DNA of 64,000 bases from a virus, in IMG/VR virus record IMGVR_UViG_3300042541_003876, positions 1 to 64,000 of that record. One strand, given 5' to 3'. The position numbers and the translations under genes were made by a program. Below, in pieces: positions 39,301 to 48,272 of this stretch. Position 1 is the stretch's first letter. The number at the start of each line of letters is the position of its first letter. Under the pieces are notes generated by a model. The model saw only the letters and a program-made list of their open reading frames with translations. It had not been told where the DNA came from and made no database searches.

Positions 39301-42300
39301 CAGATACTGTCTGTTTGATCCCACTCTCAAATAATGGAAACAACGAGTTTGGTCCTGACCATCCATTTTTCATCAAATCATAAAGAATCAAATCATTCTT
39401 AAGTTCCGACGGAAGCGCCGCAAATTCCTGAATCATTTTGCTTCTCAAAGTATCATCAGCAGAATTATTGAAAAAATCACTGTTCAAAGAAATATATTTA
39501 TTGCTTGATTTTAGAGATAAGTTTAAGCCTTGAGTAAGCAATAAATTGCTTTCAAAATTGGTAACACTGGCATTAGGGTTTTTGCTGTCATAAAAAGCAA
39601 AATCTTTTTTGTACTCAGTAATCTGTTGAGCTAAATTGTTGAATATGTTTTTTGGTCCAGGAACCTGGCGTTTTGTTGCTGGATCAATTTCATATTTTGT
39701 TAAAGCTTCATAAACTTCGCGATCCACATTATTCAATCCTAAAGCCTGAGCAGTATGGAAAATATCCAAAGCATTATACAAAGCTTTGTGATTATCAGCA
39801 CTCATTTCTTTTGTAGACAAACTGGTAATTTCATTGTAAACTGCTTCGGTATTTCCGGAATAAACAGGATCCAGCTTTTTCTGTGCATCTTGATTTTTAA
39901 TCAAAACATTTTTGTAATTCTGAACGATAGGACTGTTTTTAAAATCATCATTGGTAATCAAATGACGGTTATTATCCGGATTCATTCTGTTGTCAAAGTT
40001 TTTGATAACGTCATTAATCTCAAATGGATTTACGGTCATTGTATTGTGAATTGACAGTACAGCACTAATGTCAGAAAGTTCAGTTTCCATTTGATTGATG
40101 GTATTAATCAAATTGTACAATTCAATTTCTTGTGACTCAATTTTTTTCGTATCGATGTTTATTTCTGAAAATTTACTTCTTTTTAAACCAAATTCAGTAC
40201 GAAGTTTTTCCATCACATTATACTTCTCATCTTTATTGAAAGCACTGGTATTATTATTTTTTAACGCTGAATATCTTTTGATCATCGGTGAATTTAGAAT
40301 AACTGCAACCTGGTCCAAATCAAATCCAAGATTAGTAAGTACCATTGCAATAGGAATGGTATTAGTGTCAATTCCCAATTTATTAGCAAAAGCATTTTTG
40401 GAATTATCCAGAATAATGTTGAAGTTTTTCGCTGAATTAATGGATATTGATTTGTCTGCAGCATCCATAAATTGGTCAGCATAATTACCATCGATATTAA
40501 TCGGAACTTTAATTCCAATACCGTAATTTCTAAACATTCCTAAAGTCGTATGAAGATTGGCTGCCAATCCCACATTTGCTTTTGCAATCAAAGTATCTTC
40601 GAAAGCTTTTTGTCTACCTCTGGAAGAAAATGGTAACGTAAAATCAGTTTCGGTTTTTCCCCAAACTTTTTCAGCTGCTTCCACTGCATTTTGCGCATCT
40701 TCTTTAAAGTCGATATCCAATCGGATTTCGTCCTGCATCTGAGGGTTCAGATAATGTTTTTCAATTTTACCCAAAATTCTATTCCAGTCACCGGTCCTGC
40801 TTCCTTTGTGCTGAACAAATATCGGATCACCATCATTATCAGAACCGATGGTTTTTTTAAACTCATTTGGCAATTGGATATTATTTCCTTTTTCTCCGGT
40901 AGTCCCTACTACTTCAAAAACTCCTGTAGACTGAATACCATGTGAAGGAATACGCGTTGCCAAAACGGTGTCTCCGGCGGCGTAAAATCCTATATGTTGA
41001 CCACTTGCATTGAATACTTTTCCAACTTCAGTTCCGCGGTTATTTGCTTCTGATTTAGCTAATTTCATTTGCTCTTCCAACGATGACTGTTCCGTATAAG
41101 TTCCAACAAAATATTTTCTGACTTTCAGTTTATTTCTTTTGTTGGAATCAGAACCATCTACCATTCCTTCCGGAATAACAACCTCACCTTTTGAAACGGT
41201 ACCATTGGAATTTGTTTGGTAGAAATTTAAACCAACGTTTCCGGATTCAGCATTTAAGTCTGAACTTGTTGCATATTCTTTTTCAAATAATGATGGTTTT
41301 TCCCGGAGGATTCCCCCGGGGGTTTTTATTTTCAAACCATTCTGTTTGATGTAATTGGCGATTGTATTTTTTACAATTGATTTTACTGCAGGAGTTTGAA
41401 GTGATACATTTTCATTGAATAACAAAAAGTTTTGAGTCTGGTCAATTAAATTCGGATCAATCAAATCTTTGATAAAAGTTCTGATTTCTGAATCGGTACC
41501 ACTTATTAATGTTTCCATTCCGACAGTCAGCTGTTGTTCAGAAAGATTCCTAATGTCATTTAAAATATCATTGACAAAATCTTCATTTTCATTTAAAGCT
41601 ATATTGCTTGTAAGCGATTTGATGAACTGAACAGAAGTGTTGGCAAAATCTTTATCAATATCCATTACCTGTTGAATACCAAAGTTAGAACCGTCTGCAC
41701 CGATAAAGTCATCACCTTCGTAATACATTTTATCCAGCTGATTTAATGCTTCCTGAAACTGTTCCGGATTGCTTTCAAAAGCATCGGTAATATTTTGGAA
41801 ATTCATTAAAGCCGGATTTTCATCGGTAGTTCTATGATTGTAATAATCAGGAAGATTGTTTGATTTATTTGCCGAAATAGGCACAATCATAGGAATATAG
41901 TTTCCGGTACCATCCAACAAATTCATTGAAGGTTTACCATATTTAGATTCGTATTTTGCTTTTCTTGCTTTCAACAATTCATAAGCGCCTTTTAAAGCAG
42001 GGTTTTTAATGACAACCTCATCATTAAGAACGGTAGCAAATCCTTTGTTGTAAATATTCTGGCCAAGCATTCCCGGAGCATTTCTCTCAATACCGGTATG
42101 AATCAGTTTGAATGAATTACCTAAAAGCATCATGTTACCACCAGCTGATCTAAATCTTTCTGCGTCATCTTCCAAAATATAAAATCCGGAATCGGTTGCT
42201 TCAAAATCATCCAATTCATTGATTTTAATATCTTCCAAATAAATCGGTTCCACGCGGGTATTTGGAAAAGTAAACATCGGCGATGATGCAGATTTTGCTC

Positions 42301-45300
42301 TTTTCACCAACTCATTGTCTCCATTTGCTTTTTTCATCTGGAACGACGGAAAGAAAATCTCAGTAAAATTGGTACCATTGATAATTTGATTCATTTCAAA
42401 TTCTGCAATTTTCATTTGGCCGTCACGGTTTAATTTACCTGTAGCTGGATCAGTAATTTTTTGGAATTTCTTATCATATTTAAATGAAGTTAAATTGTCG
42501 TTAACAAAATTAATTTGATCTTTTACAGAATCCAACAGCAAGCCTTTAAATTCATCAAAAGTTCCGTTGTAACCCAAAGCCTTGTGAGTATTATAAATAT
42601 TGTCTAAAAACGCTCTGTTGGTAAAATCAATGCCGTCTTTCCCGATTTTCATAATATCAGCAATATCTGTTTTAGGCATTTCGGTATAGAATGCTCGTGT
42701 ACTGTCTGAGAATCTTCCCAAGTCCATCAAATAAGTTCCTGCTTTGTCAGTATTCAAAAAAGTAACAAATTGGCTTAATCTTTCAGTAACAGGATCACTT
42801 GTTTTTAAAGTGGTTCGTTTATCATTGTTATAAGCATTTTGAATTCCACCGTATTCCAATAAATCGATATCTCCACCATTGGAAATTCTATCATAAATAA
42901 ATCCTGCAAATTTGTTGGATAATGCTCCTTTTCCTTCAGTATTTTTCAAAGAATGTTTAGCGATAAACTCATTTTTTGAATTTCTTAAAACATCTTCTTT
43001 TAAATATTTAAAATTACGTGAGAGGTAATTATCGACAATTCTTGCTTGGTGCATATTGTTGTCTGCATGCATTACGGTATAATCAGCGCGGTACTTACGG
43101 TTTTCATTGATAAGACCCTGTACTACCATTCTGATTCCCGGCTTCATAATAGAAGCGTTATTTGAATCTAATTTATAAACTCCAGAAGTGAATTTATTAC
43201 CAACTTTTTTAATGAACTGTTTGGTCTTGGTATTACGAGCTCCTTCTACATTTCTAATTTCACCAATAAAACCATTTCCACTTTGATCTGTAGCTAGAGA
43301 AACAATAATTTGGTCAAGCGGATAAGCTTTACCATTAATATTAATTCTGTTTGCTGCAATCAAAGATTTTGAGTCAATACCAAATTCATTACGAACTAAA
43401 AATCTAGTAATAACATTAATGTCATTACGTGTGTAATCGTTGTTTTGAATATTATTCAAAGATTGATTTAGAGTAATATATTCTTCCTGTAAATCAGAAT
43501 TGTTTTTACGGTTGTTTCCAAAGAAAGGCTCTTTGATACTTTCCATAATATTTTCATATTGAGTCTTTTCTTTGTTGCTTAAATTTAATTCTACTTGGGA
43601 TTCTCCGGAAGGATTTACATAATTTTTAAATGAAGAAATATTACTGGTGTTATTCTCGTGCCAGTAAAACATTTGCATTACCATATTTTTGTCACCACGG
43701 TTTATTTTATCTAAATGTTTTAAAAATTCCTCAACTTCATAATACGGTGATTCTTCCATTCTTCGGATAAAATCAGAACCGGACCACGCAACTTTTGCCA
43801 ATCCACTCATTTGATAACGAAGCTGGTCAGCTTTCACATAAGGAATGTTTTTCCAGTTGGCTTTTTTTCCATTGATACTATTGATATAGGAAATTCCTTT
43901 ATTCATTTTCCGAGTAAATGCTGTAATCAATGGTGTAATTTTGTTTACATACGAAAACCGGTTATCATCATCAAAAAAATTATTGAAATCAATATCATCA
44001 ATTAAGTTTTCTAAATCTCCGGAAGCTAATCTTTGCGGTAAAGTTTCATTATTGATAAAAGCTTGGCGCTCTGCTTCAATGGAATTTTCAATTGCTTGTA
44101 GACGATTTGAAATCTGGTCATTGTTTTCCATTTCTAAAGATGCGCGACCATCTGCAGAAATAAGTTTGCCGCTAATTTCATTTTGAAACTGATCTAAAAT
44201 AGAATTTAAATTATCAGAATATTCAATTTGATCATCCTCACTTAAAGTTTTGAAAAACACTTCTCTTTCAGATTTATTACCAAGGTTTTTTCCTTGCTCT
44301 TTGATTTTTCCCCACCATTTTTTTGCAAGAAATTTTCGGCGAGGTTCATCTTCAATTGAAGGATTACTGTCTTTGAAATATTTGTTATACTTGTCAGATA
44401 ATGGACCTTGTAATGTTGCCGCGAAAACTTCATCAGCGATTACCTCCTGTTCTATCAAAGGAATATTTGTAATGAATCCTTTTTTGATTAATTCTTCAAT
44501 TTTAGAATCTCTTTCTTCCTGGGATAAGTCTCCAAAATTTTGGAACAATTGTTCCCGAAAAAGAATTTCACCATCTTTTTTACGGTACTGAATTTTATCT
44601 TCGTAACGATCAAGAATATTATTAACCAAAGTTTTGTTTCTAAAACCATTTCTCAGCATTCTTTGAGTTTCCTCGGTATCTTTAGTCAAAGCATAGTAAA
44701 TGTGCGAAGCTTCATGCATGAAAACATCATTCTGGTACCACTTTGATTCGTCAATATAGATTTGTCCGGCCAAGGCAAAGCCCATAGCTTTTACGCCTAC
44801 AGTTTCCTGCATGTTGCGAACAGAATAAACATTAATGTTCATATCTGGAAATACTCTTTTCATTGCATTGGAAACTCCAATCGATTGTGATAAGAATTCA
44901 AAATCAGCGGTACCGAAATCACTTTCAAAAAAATTAACTGCTTTTCCTTTTTTGTTTCGAAGATTGTTTAAACCATTGGAAACAATATCCAAAGCTGAAC
45001 TGACAATCTTTTCTTTATTGAAAAATTTATTTTCTTCCTGTCTTGCATCACGACGATCATTGAACATATCAGGATTTGCAGGTTTAACAGTAATTTTTTC
45101 TTCTGAATTTTCTTCAGCTGCTGGTGATGCTTCATTAATGGATTTTTTACCACTAATGTTTTTCATCATTTCTTTAACCTCAATTTTTTCTTCGTCGGAT
45201 AAAGTTTCATCGTTATCCACAAATTTTGAAGGGTTATCCACGATTTCATCAACTTCGGTTTTGAAAGCTTCATAAACCTCAGCTTGTTTTTTAGTCAATT

Positions 45301-48268
45301 CCTTACCATCCAGAATTTGTAACGCCAAAGCATCTACAGCATGAGAACCGACAGTTCCCTTGCTTTTATACTCTTCATAATCTTTAGTTGCAAAATTGGG
45401 CTCCTGATCAGTTTGCTTAATAGTGGTTTTTGGTTCTGCAGGTTTTGTTTTGTATTCTTTTGCTTTTTTTAAATCTTCAGATTTTTTCTGTAATTCTGAT
45501 ATTTGTTCCTGATTATTATTAGAGGAATTTTCCGGTTGATTACGAACAGCTTCTATTTGTTGATTATAATTTTCAGTAATTTCAGATTTCTTTTCCTGTG
45601 TTTCTTGTTTAGCTTGTTCTTGTAATTTTTTATTTTCTTCTGGATCTAAAGAAATACTTTCAGGCAAAACATTAGTATTTGCGACTTCGCGATCACGCTT
45701 GATTTCTAATTCTAAAATTTTCTCATCATTAGACTGAACATTACTATTTCCTAATTCAGCAATAGCAATCTCTACATTAGATATTTCAGCATCGATATCT
45801 TCTGGAGTAGAAAATGAATTTGCTAATTCTTCAATAGCGCCATTAACCTGAGCTTCGATTCCGGTGGTTTTTTCTTCCAGAGAAGGATTATTTTTTTCTT
45901 CTAAAGATTGTTGTTCGGCAGCGGCTTCTTTGCCAAAATAACTTTTCGCTTTATTCCACCATCCTTTGACTGTTCCAACCATTGTTCCTTCTTCTGCTTG
46001 TAATTCCTCGATGATTCGTTGTTGTGCCGTTTCCCGTTCTGTTTGTGTAAGTCCTGTTTCATTGATAACTTCGGTATAAATGGGATCGATGAATTCTCCA
46101 GTAACCGGATCCTGTTTGAATTCTACTTTATATTCAACAGGTTTTGCATCTTTCCCTAAAATTAAATTTTTTTGGTTTTTCTTTGACGCAGCAATCATGT
46201 TCACCAAAGGAATAATTTTTTGCTGATGTTCTTTATCTAATTCTGCTTTTTGCTTTTCAAAATTCTGAGTGTCGCGTACACCATTTTCATCAACATAAGT
46301 ATCGTAAGCATTGGATAATGTTGCTAAAGCTTCTTTATAATTATCATTAATTTCATTCAAGTCATCATTAAATCTGATCTCTTCAGCAACATTCAACATG
46401 AAAGCTTTCTGGCCTTTCATTTTTAAATCTTTGATTTTTCCATGATTCGAAGCAATTTGATCATAAGTCTGAGCAAATCTTTTATAATCATTTTCATCGA
46501 TTTTATCCTCTTCATAAAGAGTATCAATAAATTCAGTAAACAAACCTCCTTTGTTTTCCATCACTGCTTCTGCCATTTGCCGGTAAATATCTCGGCGTTG
46601 CGTGTCTTTTCCTTCCGGAGTATTATGAAGTTTGTTAATGTTATTCCATCGGTCTTCTAATTTAAAAGCATTGTCAGCTTGTTTATTGAAAACTTCTCCA
46701 ACATTAAAAGCGCCGCCAGCCATTGCTCCCATCGCTGCGGAAATAACTCTGATCGATTCTGAATCTTTTGATTTGTAATAATCCCAAAATCCGGAAGAGA
46801 ATGGGCCCCAACCTTTCATATTATAATTTTGAGAAACCTTACCTTGGTAATTATCTAAAGAACCATGAATATCAGCATAAGCTTTCATTTTAGACCATTC
46901 TTCGTAACTTTCTTGAATAGTTTCTTCAGCACCTTCAGCAATCATTTTACCACCAATCTTTGCAAGATTTTGATACAATGGTTTCACAGACTTAGAGATT
47001 AACTCGCTTGCTGTTTTTTTAGCGATTTCTGGAGTCATTGATTTTACAGCACCTTTCACTGCGCCAAGACCTTTTCCGTATACCAATCCCCATGATAAAA
47101 TATCAGCAGCCATATATTGAGAATTAGTAATAAAAGTATCTCGTGACATTTGACCTAATTCTTCTTTGGTAAATAATGGAATTGGTTGACCCTGATTATC
47201 TCTTGAAATGTTTCCTTCTTCATCTAATTGATATGCGTTTTTGTAGGTGTTGTAAATTTCCCCGGCATTTCGAAGACTAACGGAAAGATTAGTAAATGCT
47301 CCGGCACCGGTTGCCTGTAATGTTGCAGCAAAACCTTTAGTTAAATTTCCTTTATCAGTAACGGTAGCACCTAAAATTCCTGAACCTTTTTTTAAAGTAT
47401 TCTCGACACCTGCTTTTCCCGCACCGGCTGTAAATGCATCGGTAGTAGTAACTTTTGGAGCACCGATGACTTTTTTTAACAAACCTTTTTTTACAGACTC
47501 TTCGGCAACTTCCTCAGCAATTTCAATTCCTGCTTTTTTTCCTGCTATTTTTAATAAGCCTCCGGTAGCTGCTTTACCAGCAGTTTTAGCTACGGCACCC
47601 GCACCATAAGAAGCAGCAATTTCTGCAAGTTGTGGAATAAACTCTCCACCATAAGTAGACCAAAATTCAGGATTTAAAAATGTATCAAATGAAAATGTAG
47701 GATTTTTTAAATCTTCAGTTTGAAAACTTTCATTTTCTTTAGCAAGTTTTTTTCCAGCTTCTTGCATCATAAACGATAATTCGTTGTTTGATTCCATCAA
47801 CTCATTAAACGTTTTATTGAAATTAGCTGGATTCATAGCACCTCCTGCAGCCGCATTTACAACTTGAATAACAGAACCCCAACCATCAATAAAAGTTCCT
47901 GTACCACGTTTCAATGAAGTCAATCCATTATCAAGAAAAGATTCAGCCATAGCAGTTTTGGAAACAGTGTCATTTCCTTGCTGATCATATTCAGTTCCAG
48001 AATAACCAATGCGATTTTCCATAAATGGAGCTTCGTTGTCAGTAATTCTTTTTTCATACTCATCATTTAAACCCTGTTCGGTTCCTCCGGTAGCAGCTAT
48101 AGATGTGTCAACACCTCTTTGTTGATAAAGAGGTGCGGATTGTTGTTTTATATTGTTTACACGATTCTGTTTGATTCGTTGTAAAGGAGTAAGATTTTGT
48201 GTATTGAGTTTCTGTTGTGATTGTCTGTTTACAATATCTTCTTTTAATCTATCGAAAAAATCAGGCAT
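36377..48268 (-). CDS. Giant virion-associated (ejected) RNA polymerase with a zincin-like domain
   Basis: ATRIPSHGIQS followed by IGSDNDGDPIF (DxDGD double-psi beta-barrel catalytic loop, nt 40826-40840); ELVKRAKS in the beta-like part; FMHEASHIY HExxH at nt 44702-44716; size and position match crAss-like vRNAPs. Confidence 0.85.
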   Translation of the reverse strand: MPDFFDRLKEDIVNRQSQQKLNTQNLTPLQRIKQNRVNNIKQQSAPLYQQRGVDTSIAATGGTEQGLNDEYEKRITDNEAPFMENRIGYSGTEYDQQGNDTVSKTAMAESFLDNGLTSLKRGTGTFIDGWGSVIQVVNAAAGGAMNPANFNKTFNELMESNNELSFMMQEAGKKLAKENESFQTEDLKNPTFSFDTFLNPEFWSTYGGEFIPQLAEIAASYGAGAVAKTAGKAATGGLLKIAGKKAGIEIAEEVAEESVKKGLLKKVIGAPKVTTTDAFTAGAGKAGVENTLKKGSGILGATVTDKGNLTKGFAATLQATGAGAFTNLSVSLRNAGEIYNTYKNAYQLDEEGNISRDNQGQPIPLFTKEELGQMSRDTFITNSQYMAADILSWGLVYGKGLGAVKGAVKSMTPEIAKKTASELISKSVKPLYQNLAKIGGKMIAEGAEETIQESYEEWSKMKAYADIHGSLDNYQGKVSQNYNMKGWGPFSSGFWDYYKSKDSESIRVISAAMGAMAGGAFNVGEVFNKQADNAFKLEDRWNNINKLHNTPEGKDTQRRDIYRQMAEAVMENKGGLFTEFIDTLYEEDKIDENDYKRFAQTYDQIASNHGKIKDLKMKGQKAFMLNVAEEIRFNDDLNEINDNYKEALATLSNAYDTYVDENGVRDTQNFEKQKAELDKEHQQKIIPLVNMIAASKKNQKNLILGKDAKPVEYKVEFKQDPVTGEFIDPIYTEVINETGLTQTERETAQQRIIEELQAEEGTMVGTVKGWWNKAKSYFGKEAAAEQQSLEEKNNPSLEEKTTGIEAQVNGAIEELANSFSTPEDIDAEISNVEIAIAELGNSNVQSNDEKILELEIKRDREVANTNVLPESISLDPEENKKLQEQAKQETQEKKSEITENYNQQIEAVRNQPENSSNNNQEQISELQKKSEDLKKAKEYKTKPAEPKTTIKQTDQEPNFATKDYEEYKSKGTVGSHAVDALALQILDGKELTKKQAEVYEAFKTEVDEIVDNPSKFVDNDETLSDEEKIEVKEMMKNISGKKSINEASPAAEENSEEKITVKPANPDMFNDRRDARQEENKFFNKEKIVSSALDIVSNGLNNLRNKKGKAVNFFESDFGTADFEFLSQSIGVSNAMKRVFPDMNINVYSVRNMQETVGVKAMGFALAGQIYIDESKWYQNDVFMHEASHIYYALTKDTEETQRMLRNGFRNKTLVNNILDRYEDKIQYRKKDGEILFREQLFQNFGDLSQEERDSKIEELIKKGFITNIPLIEQEVIADEVFAATLQGPLSDKYNKYFKDSNPSIEDEPRRKFLAKKWWGKIKEQGKNLGNKSEREVFFKTLSEDDQIEYSDNLNSILDQFQNEISGKLISADGRASLEMENNDQISNRLQAIENSIEAERQAFINNETLPQRLASGDLENLIDDIDFNNFFDDDNRFSYVNKITPLITAFTRKMNKGISYINSINGKKANWKNIPYVKADQLRYQMSGLAKVAWSGSDFIRRMEESPYYEVEEFLKHLDKINRGDKNMVMQMFYWHENNTSNISSFKNYVNPSGESQVELNLSNKEKTQYENIMESIKEPFFGNNRKNNSDLQEEYITLNQSLNNIQNNDYTRNDINVITRFLVRNEFGIDSKSLIAANRININGKAYPLDQIIVSLATDQSGNGFIGEIRNVEGARNTKTKQFIKKVGNKFTSGVYKLDSNNASIMKPGIRMVVQGLINENRKYRADYTVMHADNNMHQARIVDNYLSRNFKYLKEDVLRNSKNEFIAKHSLKNTEGKGALSNKFAGFIYDRISNGGDIDLLEYGGIQNAYNNDKRTTLKTSDPVTERLSQFVTFLNTDKAGTYLMDLGRFSDSTRAFYTEMPKTDIADIMKIGKDGIDFTNRAFLDNIYNTHKALGYNGTFDEFKGLLLDSVKDQINFVNDNLTSFKYDKKFQKITDPATGKLNRDGQMKIAEFEMNQIINGTNFTEIFFPSFQMKKANGDNELVKRAKSASSPMFTFPNTRVEPIYLEDIKINELDDFEATDSGFYILEDDAERFRSAGGNMMLLGNSFKLIHTGIERNAPGMLGQNIYNKGFATVLNDEVVIKNPALKGAYELLKARKAKYESKYGKPSMNLLDGTGNYIPMIVPISANKSNNLPDYYNHRTTDENPALMNFQNITDAFESNPEQFQEALNQLDKMYYEGDDFIGADGSNFGIQQVMDIDKDFANTSVQFIKSLTSNIALNENEDFVNDILNDIRNLSEQQLTVGMETLISGTDSEIRTFIKDLIDPNLIDQTQNFLLFNENVSLQTPAVKSIVKNTIANYIKQNGLKIKTPGGILREKPSLFEKEYATSSDLNAESGNVGLNFYQTNSNGTVSKGEVVIPEGMVDGSDSNKRNKLKVRKYFVGTYTEQSSLEEQMKLAKSEANNRGTEVGKVFNASGQHIGFYAAGDTVLATRIPSHGIQSTGVFEVVGTTGEKGNNIQLPNEFKKTIGSDNDGDPIFVQHKGSRTGDWNRILGKIEKHYLNPQMQDEIRLDIDFKEDAQNAVEAAEKVWGKTETDFTLPFSSRGRQKAFEDTLIAKANVGLAANLHTTLGMFRNYGIGIKVPINIDGNYADQFMDAADKSISINSAKNFNIILDNSKNAFANKLGIDTNTIPIAMVLTNLGFDLDQVAVILNSPMIKRYSALKNNNTSAFNKDEKYNVMEKLRTEFGLKRSKFSEINIDTKKIESQEIELYNLINTINQMETELSDISAVLSIHNTMTVNPFEINDVIKNFDNRMNPDNNRHLITNDDFKNSPIVQNYKNVLIKNQDAQKKLDPVYSGNTEAVYNEITSLSTKEMSADNHKALYNALDIFHTAQALGLNNVDREVYEALTKYEIDPATKRQVPGPKNIFNNLAQQITEYKKDFAFYDSKNPNASVTNFESNLLLTQGLNLSLKSSNKYISLNSDFFNNSADDTLRSKMIQEFAALPSELKNDLILYDLMKNGWSGPNSLFPLFESGIKQTVSVMSKENKATDVQLQQLKNKAIFNNPDLFRSYDNVFSYGRNGERNLNPELSVNNESLMASFMKGDPFIFRTKDKSGKDLIQKFQGIDKDTRAQLKLDKESSSTKEYYSNTLLPTIHRLISKSYAGKYNANPNLDYITIKNPATLETGINDRIFNESTARPLDMSKLSDGREMRGDYWNFARLMNKDEYDQVMEYSKEFSENRKISMHQAYVSNKMEADKLKSIINTDSVKTMSNDELLKLYDSRDDIGNKYGNGVGFGNRNKFAYAEIVAPIIKELATRAATDQTMLTGREYDGNDISILQKYFMTGNVPSNHPAVQNLVRRMEGEYKNFLNERSKIVGKINDATNALYKEQLGYEPYGGKGISGNIKNYIKNVETNLFGNKQEIYQKLYGPLMIIIEKDNEGNSYNEMRYKPREVVEREHKAGSISDAQYNFYNISRATTDALKGFALPEGKSGRKDYIPHVAPANWEILSRRGLLGLMVNAKTVDEKINDVKMDIINPVNAMLMKGVSFKEITDIYNGLSAGPNRSNRHALDYIKLKRKAIVLNKKGINQDGSPIFQSPIEIGGALGDVFMDRFASGRSVKSADFPSLDLNKSFVDYAHATLFQHGNENFQGFKKMVPVIDGILAQADANGDKNVSDYVNKVWKQYFIGGQKQSSIPNIPALEAMGITSDKVVDYITKGSLVYWLGWKGLAMGAGVYAVGNVLIGKFNNVVEAGGTDWLKGEKRFWMGKSGKFDITDPFKGIRESMAVLKTAGFMDINIYDDVNMDNKNSVEKNLMNIALFPMTWSEKWIQGVHFLGKLQDEEWETLKNGNPINSNKLTLYEDQIKAVHGRGYQPTDQRMIQMYSWGRAMMQFNRYIPTMFNTLFGKKDIDRYGNVTIGTYTALLETIQKGYRGEWTPKTFVNYYKNLDSNERKKLNSALVTMGLVSSLAAVNTFTDNPAIDKLISDSHLILNSDRLAGKLVPAPVAALNNMF

Positions 48269-48272
48269 ATTA

